Shown in pieces: positions 13,101 to 25,900 of a DNA stretch of 64,000 bases (within the stretch, counting starts at the first letter, position 1; every line of letters starts with the position of its first letter). The stretch lies in assembly GCA_002633005.1 (NCBI GenBank), contig NMRA01000340.1, positions 419,435-483,434 on the forward strand, given 5' to 3'. The notes below the pieces were generated by a model. That model worked only from the letters and a program-made list of their open reading frames with translations. It had not been told where the DNA came from and ran no database searches. Position numbers and translations under genes: made by a program. Source of the stretch: Phoronis australis. Taxonomy: Eukaryota; Animalia; Phoronida.

Positions 13101-14884
13101 ATTGAGTCCCGAAAATCCGAGTCAACTTCTTGCCTATCATTTTGAATAAGCATAAGTCATTTTAGATAATAAGCTATTGTAGCTTGAAAAAAGCATGTCG
13201 AAGTGATCAGTTTCCATTTATTTAAATATTTTAAGTAAATGGATAAGTTTTAATCTTCTGCGATACAGAAAAAACGCACTGCGACACAATCCGAAATTCG
13301 TTTCCAAACTGAAATGGGCGTGAAGATTTTAGTGAAGTGGTCAGAGTTTATTGGATTACTCATCATCCAAACAATGACAGCTTAGTTTTCCACTTTAATT
13401 GAAAGCAACACCCGTTTTAATTTCCGAAATGTAAGAAAGAGTGCGACTTCATCTTTTGTTTGAAAAACTGCTGTTGGAATAAAGGCCTTCTTTCGAAAAC
13501 TAGACGCTTGGTGTAATTCAATACCACAATCAAAATATTAGAATATTCCATTAACGGTAAACATACCGTGAATAATACGCTTACAAGGAAGTCACGCATT
13601 TCTAAAGATATGCGGGAATTTTCACCGCTCATCCTTCTGAGCGGATTGTACCAGGATCAAAGAGAGCGCGGCGCTGGAATCAGGTACATGTGATGACCGC
13701 ATTGCCCGACGCGAGCAAGACCCAATTAAATGTAATTATCCGACCAAAAACTGCATTAAACATCTCTGGTGAATTTTCAAAATGCATTAACCACTAATTT
13801 TCGTTGTAAACGAGCACCACGGCGGTATTCAGCTGAAAAAAACAAGCACGGTTTTCGATTTTTAAAAATCGATGAACTAAGATAAACTACCGCGCGTATT
13901 GATATACTCGGTGGATATACAAACGCTGATCAGAGTTAACAATATCACATGGATTCATTTTTTAATATTCTTTCAATCTCGTTTTCATTTTGTAATATTC
14001 TTTCAATCTCATTTAACCAGAATTTTTACCAGGAAACAGTTGTTGTGCCCACTTTTCATTTTTTATTACTAACAAAGAGCTAGTCATAGTTATATACATG
14101 TAGTCAGTGTCTTCAGCTTGGTTATCACCATATTTGCACTTTTGTTTTTATTTTATGATTTGAGTTCTAATAAAGATTAAACTTTAATGACACGTGAAAT
14201 GTTTAATGTACCTGTAATGTGGTGAGTTTAGGGATGGGCTCACAATGAACTTAACTAATTAAGTTTAGCTGGCGATCAAAATCTACCACTGTTTTGGTAC
14301 TTCAATTTTAAAACTTAGATAAAAAATTATCAACCCGTTTCCGGTAAGAAAAAAAAAACAAGTGGGCAGTAGCATTAAAAATTAAATAAAGAAAACCAAT
14401 ATGAAACTTATCGTTCCTTTGGGAAGTGGCCCTTTGTAAAGATAAACACAAGTTAACCTTTTTAGTCATTTCGTAATATTTATAATGTACCGAGTTAAAA
14501 TTACTCTCCGACAGAGTTGCAGGCTATAACTTTGCAAATGTCAGAGAAAACAAAAATGGGGGTACTAAGAACAACCATTGTTGAGACAGTAATGGTAGCA
14601 ATTACCTTTCCACTTCATTAGCTCAGATCTCCATCAATACAAAGGGCGTGCTGAATCGGCATCGTAAAAGTTGTCTTGGGCTTAGGGAATCAGAGCGGTC
14701 ACCAGTGTAAGCAAGAAATTCTCCACATGAAAAAATTTTGTTCAACACAAAAAAAATAGTAATTGGCGTGAACAATGGTATTTTTAACCATCACTGCATC
14801 TTCATCGTCGCAAACGCAATAAACTTACAATTCTGTCTAAAATTTCAACTTATTGAATAAAAGATGCACGATTTCTGAGTCATC

Positions 14885-15165
14885 CGCCGTGTAGTGGTTA
14901 AGGTGCTGGACTCAAATATATGTAGTTTCAGAAGTCGTGGGTTCAAATCCTTCCTCGGTCAATATAAAATCAAAAAATCACACCATGACGAATGTACAAC
15001 GTTCTTCTAAGAAGGCGGGAACACCTGACGATGGCCAGAGAATTGACCGACCGTAACGTCGTGACGATGTAACTAGACATGAGATCAGTGTAAATAGACC
15101 AAGATATTTTAATAATAGATGCAACACGTCGTCACCTCAGAGCGGTTTTAAAAAGTCAACTTGAG
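14885..15165 (+). mobile_element. tRNA-derived SINE-like element with a Penelope-like, degenerate hammerhead tail
   Basis: A-box/B-box-like head gtagtggttaaggtgctggactcaaat...cgtgggttcaaatcc (14891-14950) with no intact cloverleaf, followed by cac-ctgacga-tggccag...gacc-gtaa-cgtc-gtg (15022-15063). Confidence 0.55.
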
Positions 15166-15859
15166 AACAGTCGGCCTAGGTCTTACCGTAACAGATCACG
15201 CCACACCTGCAAGATCTATCCACATAACAAATTCAATTTTCATCAAAGGACAACGGAAGTGTTATTCTCACATCCGCATTCATTGCTATTTATGTGTCCA
15301 CCCCGGACACCAGTCTCGTTGTACACAATCAAAAGCGTTGACAAACCGTGTCACAAACATCGAGAACGAAACATCCGATCGGAGGAGAAAACCGAAAACG
15401 TATTCTTTAAGTTCTTCAACTGGGCCCAGTTGCATAAAAGTTATACGCTGCACGGCAACAATGACGTCACATTAGCACGCGCCACGTTGTTGTTGTTGAA
15501 CAATGCACCTGACGTAAAGCATTTCTTAGAGAATTCACGGAAAACACTTGTTGTTTGTTCAGTCCATTTAGAATGCTTTCCCAGATCACAGATCAGTGCT
15601 ATCTTGAATGAAATTCCGTGCGAAATGCGACAAATATACACAATGTCAATCAATGTTAATAAAACACGTCGGTGAGTAGTCCTAGCAGCAGGATAGTGGT
15701 ATAGCGACTTTTTGCACCCGTAACCTATCTGCTTTACTCAAGGAAGACTGTAGTTTTTAATTGCGTTAAGTTTGTGCCAGATTTCATTTGGGTAGTTTCC
15801 ACCCGAACGGGTTCAAAGCAGTTTATACAATTTTGTCAGTACTAAGGTAAGATGTCATG

Positions 15860-16072
15860 ACATTCTTACCAGTCTCGACAGTTTCAATTAGCTGACTAGC
15901 TAACCGGAGTCACCGACATTACTTTTTTCTTGTCTGGTTTTCGGTCCTTATTTTCCACTGAAACGCGTTTGGTTTACATAACTGACAAAATAAACAACTC
16001 CTTTGTGCCGGAAAAGCACTGACATGGTTTTAATTGAAATAGGAGAGGTTTTCGACACGGTAGATCATAAGT
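15860..16072 (+). mobile_element. CR1/L2-like RT remnant
   Basis: Reads SGFRSLFSTETRLVYITDKINNS...MVLIEIGEVFDTVDH (cf. QSGFR..HSTETAL...D..KAFDTVDH). Confidence 0.7.
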
Positions 16073-17039
16073 GTCATTGTTGGTTTCGCACAGAACAACC
16101 AAACTCTAGAGAAAACGACGTGTTCATTTAATAATATTCTCAACGTATTAGCTTTCCTTAGTTTCAAGCTATTGGCATTTGGTTGACAATTGTTTCTTTG
16201 GAGACAGTGTTAAAATATTTCTCTGATTATTGGGAGAAAGTACAAGGACACGGGGTTCTTGGGATTTTTTGAACCCGGATGAAAAATCAAGACTCGTTTC
16301 GATGTATAACATAATTTGAATTTTAGCCTATTCGTCAAACTCTGGTCCAACAAAGTTAAAAGGATACCAAACCCGACTTTTGACATATTAACAGATATTA
16401 AAAAAGACTTCCCCATCCACTTCTCTGAAACAAAATAATGCTCTGTAACCCTCGACAAACCTCAAAAAGTTGGAGAGAAGTTTGAAAAGTCCTTTCAAAG
16501 TCTGTTAATGGGACAAGCGTCGTACGGTTTAGCCGAGTTACACAACTGTCAGGGAAACCCCACATGCCAAGAACGCAATATCCAATCTTTGACACAGACA
16601 GTATGTGCTTTTTGTTGAATCCTGCTTTTATCACTCAAGTGAGACGACACTGGTGCATTAACGAATGAGAGAATGCAGAACGAGGATTGGTTCATAAAAC
16701 AGTGTTTAGTATCCCTTTAAGTAACAGTTATTGAAATAAAAATGATCACAAAATGGACACAGATAAACACACGACTGCGTTTAACTTTGCTAGGTAAAAC
16801 TCACATGGTTTTGTTAATAGTTTAACTACAATCTCTTTAAATTGTAAAAAACCCGACGCCAGGCCACGATCGTCACGGCTATAATTCGTGACAAGAGGGA
16901 AAGCCAGTTAACAGGACATCAAAATACATTACAAAACTTAAAATTATATTACACAGGGTTTTATAACATGCATATTTACACAGATCAAGATCACGAATAC
17001 AACAAAAGACAATAAAAGATCTTGACACCATGCACCAGC

Positions 17040-17310
17040 ATAAGCCAGCCTTCGTGAACCGAGGAAAGTTGTACAGTACAGTATCCAGAGGATATGTTTT
17101 GCAGGTGTATGACCCAGCAACAACTGTACACTCAGTATCAATGTCATGCCATCGGCATTAATCCAATCTAACGTAGCTACCACAAAACTTTCATGCAACC
17201 ACGCCTTCAAAATCCACAAATCTACATGTACCTTTAAACAGCGTTCACAGAACACACTTTTTCAAACGAGTCTGTGTGAGTTTCTTTGCAAATATAAGAA
17301 CATCAACTTA
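17040..17310 (-). mobile_element. Possible L1/Tx1-like LINE C-terminal (Cys-knuckle) remnant
   Basis: Reads CSYICKETHTDSFEK / VFCERCLKV..LW...AKHILW across a frameshift, resembling the C..C...E...H.F..C..V...W tail of L1/Tx1 ORF2. Confidence 0.35.
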
Positions 17311-17522
17311 TAGCACAGATGACGTATGACCGGTTTGAAAACAGTGGTCAGAAAAATAGCACTGGGCTGCTAAATTTTAGCAGACTGTACTGCCAACTTC
17401 AATGCACTCTTACCATCTTACTCTCGAGTCGTGGATGCCGACCCCCTTTTATCGTGGTAAGATGTTACACGACACTGATTCATCTTGAAACACACAACTT
17501 ACTCTTTGCAAATTATAAAAAA

Positions 17523-17803
17523 ATCCGTCCACACGACAATAATAATACCGAAAACGCAACTTTTCCTTGCACTTTCGAAAGGTTTTCAGACCTCACGCAT
17601 ATGAAAGTTCGATCGGCGTAATCCTCTGTCCGCACGGATACCACGACTGCGGAATTTTCAATAAAAAAACTGGAGAGAACACTTTAAAAAATTTGCCACT
17701 GGGATTTTTGAAATCTGTGTGGATCCGATACCTGCGTGGCTAGAAGCCGTATCGCAAAGAAAGGTTTGCATTTTCAGATTTCAGAGTGGAGTGGACAAGG
17801 CCT
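17523..17803. mobile_element. PIF/Harbinger-like MITE remnant
   Basis: ccgtccacacg...gaaaacgca at the left end and tgcattttc...gtggacaaggcctaa at the right end. Confidence 0.5.
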
Positions 17804-19136
17804 AAAACAAATAATGAAAATGAGACGAACCACCTTCTGCATTAAAAAAAAAATTACAAATATTTCGGCACACCGCATACGTTCTGTATCCACACTTGCA
17901 ATTACAAGTTCTTAGAAATAATCCCCGGGGCGAGATTTAAATATGAATACGGCACAGCCATGCACTTGAAAGTAAATTTCTTCTTCTCGTTCGTCAAATG
18001 GTCACATGACCATCATGATGACGTATGTGCGTTGCACTGCCGTTACGCACCACAGGGGCCCAGTGTATCCGACTTCAGCGTTGAATTATTACAGAGTACA
18101 CGAACAAGTCATTCAGATTAATTTAACTCATCGTGACTATTGCCATGTATTAAATAGAGAAATCAAAACTGCAAACTTAAGTGAAGCTTTGGAATATAGT
18201 ACGTCAACGGAAGGCAATCACGGATAAACTACACCGGCGACGATCTAATATTCTATTGTGTAGAACAGAGTAATTGTCACAACGGCAATGGCGTCGCCAG
18301 TAACTCTAGATGTTTGAAAGATAATCGGCCTGCGTGATGCTTGGAGATGACGGCTTGCCCAGTCGGAGTCGGCAGGACGACCAATCAACGACCGGTCGCC
18401 GACCGCTTCCATCGATGAGTCAAATTACCTATGCTACGCCACTCGAGATAGATGGAGCGTAAAAGTAGTTGCTGAAAACTTGCCAATGCTATCATCACGC
18501 CGATTTGCATAACACAGTTCAGGGCCGGCTTATTTCACATGCAGGTTGGAAACACCCTGTCACAGCGCCACCTACATGGAAAAGTGACCACGTGGATTGA
18601 TAAATAGCATGCAGAAATCCCTGCGTGGGCATCATTGCAGGTCTTGGTTAATACGTTTGTCCAACATTTGGTTGGGATTGAGTCTGAGCCCTTCCCCCCC
18701 CCAAACACACTGAAACTGCACACATTTAAATCTTTTTTTCCGCCATATAATGTTAATTACCGGGGTTAATTAATAAACTCAACATTTCCCTACGCTCTTG
18801 CTGTTTTATNCCCCCCCCCCCCTAAATCCGCCTATGTCGTAGCACTGGAACGAAAGTGTGGAAGGTGGATACAGTCGCATATTCCACAAGGTGGCACTGA
18901 ACAGCCACAACTTATGACAAAAAGTCCATCAGAGCTTTTAACTCCATTGTTCCCTAACTATGGTGATCCAGATGACATTTCAGAAATTGAACATGCCAAA
19001 AATTTGTACCGATGACTAATACTGTTTGTGCAAACAACAGATACAGGATTGACTTGTATTCATGTGATATAACCAGGCATGACTGCATCCGTTTTCTACA
19101 CAACAATCACACGGTGTGAACTATATTTAGCATTAT

Positions 19137-19481
19137 GCAATATGTTAATAAAAATAACAACCTATTTAAACCAACTTGACATGTTTCGGCATTTATTGAA
19201 ACACCATCATCAGAAGAAAAAACAGTGGCCACCTGAGGCTGTACACATCAATTGGTGCAAGCCCAATCTCAACAGGCAACTGGCACACCACAGGTTGTCA
19301 TTGTTAGTCTAGTTTATTGTTACTCCCTGTAACTGACTGTGTCTGTGTTTCATTGCTTGTTGTTGGACCTAGCAAGGTGGCCATTGTGTTTTTTCTTCTG
19401 ATGAGGTTGTTTCAATAAACGCAAAAATATGTCAAGATGTCAAGCCTGTTTAAATCCATTGTTGTTTTTATTAACATATGC
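19137..19481. mobile_element. Penelope-like non-autonomous element made of ~100-bp inverted arms, each carrying a hammerhead motif
   Basis: 19137-19234 is the imperfect reverse complement of 19376-19481 (aggtggcca...cttctgatga...atgtcaag...tttattaacatatgc). Confidence 0.7.
19175..19216 (-). ncRNA. Minimal type I hammerhead ribozyme motif
   Basis: Minus strand reads CUU-CUGAUGA-U-GGUGUUU-CAAU-AAAUGCC-GAAA-CAUG-UC-AAG: complete CUGANGA/GAAA core, 7-bp stem II, palindromic ACAUGU stem III, GUC cleavage triplet, CUU/AAG stem I. Confidence 0.7.
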
Positions 19482-19987
19482 TGCTACTTGCTATCAAGGA
19501 GAAATCATGCAACAAGAAAATTTTGATTAAACACATGGTGACTTCACTGAAATGTGAACTTCCCTCTCAGCATGACATGGGGGTGTTTCAATAACGGACT
19601 TACCGTCTTATCTGGTCGCAAGTTAGTCTAATTTACACTTGAGGCAACTAGTCAGTCACACTGCATAACTTTCTACCATTAAAACAACTAAAAAGAGTTC
19701 AGGTTCAGAAAAAAAACATAATGACTTTTATTTACATATATAACAAAACATTAACTCACTTGAGGTTATGGCACAAATTAACGAAGCCCGTACAGCTATG
19801 ACATTTTAGTGAAATAGTCCTCGGATGTCTTTTGAATAACCTCTTCAAATCAGAGTTTCATTCCACAACCACCAAGATGAGTAGAATGGCCTTCCACAGC
19901 TGACACTGGACTTGATGAACATGTCCACCACTGTCACATAATATGCAATAAATAGTTCATAGGGCGGAAACCTGACATATAACCTGG

Positions 19988-22900
19988 TCAGCTTGTGAAA
20001 CTAGTCATGATAAACTCCAGTTTGTTGGCATAAGTCTTTCCTTCCATCTGACTCAGATCCACTGGCTTAAAGTCTGCGCTAACATACTTCCACTTGGGGT
20101 TGGTTACCAACTTTGACTTGTGACTGTTCCCTTGTTCACAGCACTGCACTGCCACCTGGATTCCATTAGTGGGACTACATTTGACCGACACAACCCTATG
20201 GACAGATGGAGAACTGGACATATTAATACTTAGTTTGAGAATATCCTGTTTAATGAATGTCAGTTTTGCCATAAAAGATATCAATTTGAAAATGTTTAGT
20301 ACATTATCCTAGAGCATGACTGTTTTCCTCCATGGTAATACTTTAGAGCAGAGTCAGTCACGGGCCAATGGCTGTGACTATGTCTAAGCAATTCTGCGTA
20401 GTGACACGTGCAAAAATTTTCATGAGAGTACACAGCTCATGAACAAGTGCGCTTGTGAACTGACTAAATCAGACGTTTATTTCAGGGTTGCTAAAAGACC
20501 CAGTGTTGTTTCGAACTCTCTACAAGACAGTATAATTTAGTACTTTTTGTATATGCCTACTTGCTACGAGGTAGGAGTCATGGTGAATGTAGCAGATACT
20601 GTGTTTACGAATGCTGCCAAAAAACTGACTGGTATAAATGACGAGGCTATTAATTAGGAAGGAAAAATGGTCGTCTGCCCGACTGTCCTGGTACATACTC
20701 AGGCAAGCAAGGGAAGCGAGTTGCATGTTGCACTTTTAATGACTGTCAGGAAGCTTGCCAACAAGAGCAACCCAAAGTGTTGAAATGCACCCCCGACTGC
20801 ACCTCAAATGGTATGCTTCTAGGGATGTTTGCTAATATCATAAAGCTAGCCACTAGGTGAGAAGGCGTTGTAGTCTCCCGAATAGTATCCTTAGAGCTTG
20901 GAATAACCAATGACAAAAAAGAGGAAAATTTTCCAGGTGATGTATTGTACCACAAATAAATAGGGTTGTTTTTGTGATATTGTTTCTACTGTAAAACTTA
21001 ATTGAAATAATTTTGTATGAATAAAGTCCAAATAATGATAAAAAGATGAAAAAAGAAACTGGAAATCAAATAAAAGGAAACTGAAACCAAAAAAGAGGAA
21101 ATCCTCTTAAAATAGGAAAATTCCAAGCCCTGTACCTTATTTCCCCAGTATCATGAACATCCATCAAGGAACTCCAAAAATACAAAGGCAATCATAAACA
21201 AAGTTAACTAAAATTGCCACTAGGGGGCACAGCATAACTTAGATCCAACTGAAAATTGTTGTCATTTGACATCAAATTCATAGAAAACATTTGCCAAATT
21301 TCACAAAGCTCTGCTAACACAAAAAAATGGTAGTACGTGGTCTTCCCAGGAGGAACACATGCCAATTTTCATAAAGATCCATAGTTGTAAGCAGAAAAAC
21401 AGGCGGATCCCATAACAGACTCGCAAACAATACAAATCACCACTAGGTGATGTAGAACATGCTCGATTCATGCGAAAGTAGGAAGGGGTTGTTGCCTCCT
21501 TTATGAAAACCTACTTGCCAAATTTCATGAAAGTCTGTCACGCAAATCTGAAGGTACAGACTGAGGTAAACATAAAAAATGAAATTGTCACTTGGGAATA
21601 CAGCCACAGTCGGACCTGTACGAAAGTTGATGTCACCCGTTATCACCTTTATAGGAACACATCAGCCACCTTCCATGATGATCCTCCCAGGGGTTTTGGA
21701 GATAAAGCCACGAATGCTGAATGCCGAGACAGAGATGATGACCATATGCACCCACAGTATAATATATAGGTGACTTGGTTATGCCAATGCATTGTCCCGT
21801 AACTCCTTACGCGATCACTATGCAGAATTAAAAAGTTCAATTTTAAAAAGTCTTGTTTAATTCATGATGATTTCACATGACATTGATAAGACTAGAGATA
21901 GCTACTCACCTCTCTCCTTTGTGAGACGCCATCAAGACCGTGGACACATTGCCCCTGGGGTCCATCTCACCACTGCCACACTGACTGTTACAGGCTAGGA
22001 TGTGCCAACCAAGCAGCTTGCACATAATCTGACTGATGTTGGCCTGGTGTTGGGCAATCTGCAACCATACAGAGTTTGATTAATAGTACTACTTTCGTTA
22101 GTACTCAGACTTAGTCACCAGGTGGCGAGACCTGCTCAACCACAGGTCGGCTCACCTAGACCTGTCAAGCAACATGTCGTGGAAATCAATGACACTTTGT
22201 GAGTCTGCACAAAAATAGCTTAACAAAGATTATAAAGAGAAGCCCAAAACCCAATCAAAAGCCGAAATGGTTGCGTGGCATTACTTTTGATGCCCTGTAG
22301 TACAAGACAATGGTATTCTTGTTTATCACATTCAGTTACATGAGGACACAATGTGACCAGACCTGAATGAAATAATAGTATTATGCTTGTGAAGTAATGT
22401 ACACAGACTGGCAATCTGGCCCAGACACTAACACTATACATTGATGGTAAGAGGCAGCTCCACGTAAACATGAACATGCACAGACTATGGCCAGTACGAA
22501 ACCAGTGGTCATGTGACGAGAGGGATAGGCTATGAAGTTTACAACAGACACGACTTGTCAAATAACCAATCTTGTGTCAAGCTTCGAATAGTCTTACTTC
22601 AAAATTTCATGCAATGCGATTGATCAATTCTTCGAGTTGAGTCGAGTCTCGAATAAAGTTTGTGGTTATGCACCGTGAACACTCTTTCCAGAGATGAAGA
22701 TTAAACCACAGGTCACAAGAAAGACTGGAGGCTTGGTCAGGAGTGACAAGAAGTGCCTTGATTCTGAGATGAGCAAAGACACTCTCTAACACTAACATAT
22801 ACGCATGACATCATTTACCAGAAATGCAACCACCCACATTACTATCAGTCAATTGATAGATTAAGCGGGTTATTTTAGAAAAAATGGTGTTCACAAGGGT

Positions 22901-25900
22901 TTTTAAACTCTTAAAAAAGCTTGCCTCGTCTTCAACTTTGTTACCTCTGTCTGACTGAGAATGATAGTTCAGAATTACTGCTGAACAGACATCTCTTTCC
23001 GTCCACATATCGTTTTTCTCAAACCATGCGTAACTTATCGATAATAAACGTTTTGGTTTTATAGGTTAACTAGCAATCAAATTACACTTAAAAATAAGAC
23101 GGTGGAGTATCTTTACAAATCTTAAATAATGGTAGAAGCGATATTCGTGCATAAAGTTAGGGCGAACCAGTTTGCTCACTAGTGTTAGTGCATTGAGCAT
23201 TTGGGCACTGATTTAAAATAACATTCAATCATTCTTAACATAGTACATAACACTCGCTTCACCACCAATTAACACTGCTGTATTCATATTCGCAGCTAAT
23301 ACTTCCATTAAGTGTAAAAACTAAGCTTTACTAATAGTACATCTCCCCTGTGATCTTAGTGGTGAGCACAGAATATCTTTTCAAGCCTACGTACATTCAT
23401 TTCATTGCTGTTCAAGCTAAGCCACTTTCCTCTGATCAACACAGCCAAAAACACCTGTGCCCTTTTAACATGTCATAAAGCAGCCTCTTAAGTATGCCCT
23501 CAAGCTTTTTACCACTCCATTCACTTTCACAGTATTACAACCTTATAAATCATTTAGTTTACACAGAGGTCCTGCGGTGAGAATCTGTTAATCAATACAT
23601 TTTGCAGATCACTTCTAGGATGATAATGATCAGTACCTATACATACCATTCCTGTTATTGTACGACACTATTGCAAAGTGCTAAAACAGGAAATTAAGTG
23701 CAATAAAAATGCATAAATTACCATCTTGAGTGAAGAAACCGGCAGTAGGGCCTCGCATGGTTCAATGAACAGTCAATTAATTGCTACACCATTATTTTTC
23801 AAGACTAAGTACACTTTTTATATCAACAATGAGCACTCAAAGAATTAGGATAAAAATGCATAAATGGTTCTGGTCTCTGTTTTTTTTTCTTCGGTGGTGT
23901 GGATTCTTTTAGTTGTTCAGCTTTTCAAAAAAAGCAAATCCATCCGAAACAAGCAAAATTTTCTTTAATCTTAGGAAATCATGGCATTTCAAACGTTGCA
24001 TACTTGCCTTTCTGCTGCTTTTCAAAAAAATAAAAAACTCAAAACCATGACTACGTTAATAGAGGCGGACATTTTTTAGAACACAGGTCTCAAAATGGGT
24101 AAAGTCCAGAACCAACTTTGCATTTTTGGTTTTGGCTGTTCGATCTGTTCAAACTGAGGTTGGCAAGATCATGGCTGCAGTTAACGACTCGAGTTTTGAA
24201 CGTAAGCTTGCGATCTGATACTTGGACAAGGCTGGAATGTAGAATTGTAGGGCTAACCTACATGAAGACCACGAGAGTGGATCAAGTCTCCAGCATTACC
24301 GAGAGGACCTGTGTTTAACTGTAAACACTGAGTGATGTGGAGGGGCAACTGTGACCAACAACTAAGCTAGAACGAATGACAAAAGCAATCACTACAGACA
24401 AAATAATGTTACCCCACAATCTCGGCTAATTATGTGAAGAGCAATTATTTATAATGGCTAATAATAATCATTAAGGCCGCAAAATTGTAATTACAGAACG
24501 ACTTAGCCACCTAACTTACTTTTCTGTTAATTGCTTTTCATTCCCAGTAATTAGGGAAGGCTGCTTTGATGATGAAGTTGACTTCCGCACTGCTATTACG
24601 GCAGCGAATTTCGGGTCATTTTGTCTGCCGTGAATACCTTTGATGTGTACTGTATGCCACAACTGTTGCTAAGCAACGCCCCAAACATTGTCACTCTTGG
24701 ACAACCCTTAGCTTACCTGTGACAGTATAAAGCTTCTCAATTCTTCCACTTCATAGGACAATCTCACAGACCGTCCATCCTTGCAGATGACAGTCAAACC
24801 GTCATGGCCAATGTTCACAGAGAAGGATATCCTTGTACTAAAATAGAAACTTCACCCATTAAAATATTTACAGCTAAGTAATTATTGAGCACAAAACAAT
24901 AGATTTGGTAATGTCTCCTTCTTGTGCACTGCTCTGTATCGTTCAAAATTTGATGGTAAAATGATTGATCGTGTTTCAAAGTGTGCCACTAAACCAATAA
25001 GCCGAAAACCAAGAATGCTAAATGAAGACGCTTACTCAGTACTTCAAGATCACCATTATATATAACTGAAAACCTTTATGACTTGTGCACTAGTTACCAG
25101 GCGCTGAAAGTACTAATCACATGTCAGGCATATCAATGGAGAAGATCTACTAGTAATTCACCAACATCCCAACCTAAGGATCATAATTCAGAATACCGTA
25201 AACATTCTTCAATTTGGTATCACAGTGGTTTTCAAAAAAGTAGATGAAATCTCATCTCGTCAAAAATCCACAAAATGCTACTTGAGAAAAAGTTTCGACT
25301 GTTTTTTTTTTTGATTTGCTGCTAATTCTCTGCAGATTTTCATTTTCACTCTTGGTCGTTTTCCCCAAGTCATTCATTTGCCGACAATTTTGTCACATTT
25401 CAAATCACCCCATGAAGTGTGAACACTAATTGCCGTTAAATAACTGATCACCAGTCATGCGGTATTTAATTAGGTCATCAAGTACCCAGTAATAGAGCAG
25501 CTACGAAAGTAGAGCCAGGAACCTTAAATTTTGCAAACTGTCAATTTTATGTATTGAGCTCATGCAGTTTTTGTTGCATTGAATCCAATGAAGTACGAGA
25601 AGCCATGATGTCCTGTCTGATAAGATAGCCTAACTGAGAAAAGGTCTTACAACTCGTAATTCCAAAACTTACTGTAGGTGAACAATTCCAAATTGAAAAA
25701 CACCTCTGTCAAATGAAAATTGACACACTGACTAAAAAGCAGATTGGCAGTATTTAACTAACTTTTCATAACACTTGCAACAGTGTCGTGTTTGCAATAG
25801 AATTGTGCAGGTTTATGCAAAGCTACGGGTCGCTAGTTGACAAAAACTGCCAGTAAAAGTTTGGGTCTGTTTTGGGATTATCACCTTGCACATGCTTATA

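Noticed and set aside
14885-14962. Functional tRNA gene
   Set aside because: The acceptor and anticodon stems do not pair properly, and it is embedded in a repeat-like context.
15161-15675. Overlapping 104-aa and 138-aa ORFs as a gene
   Set aside because: TTG/GTG starts, no recognisable domain or exon structure, and they sit among TE remnants.
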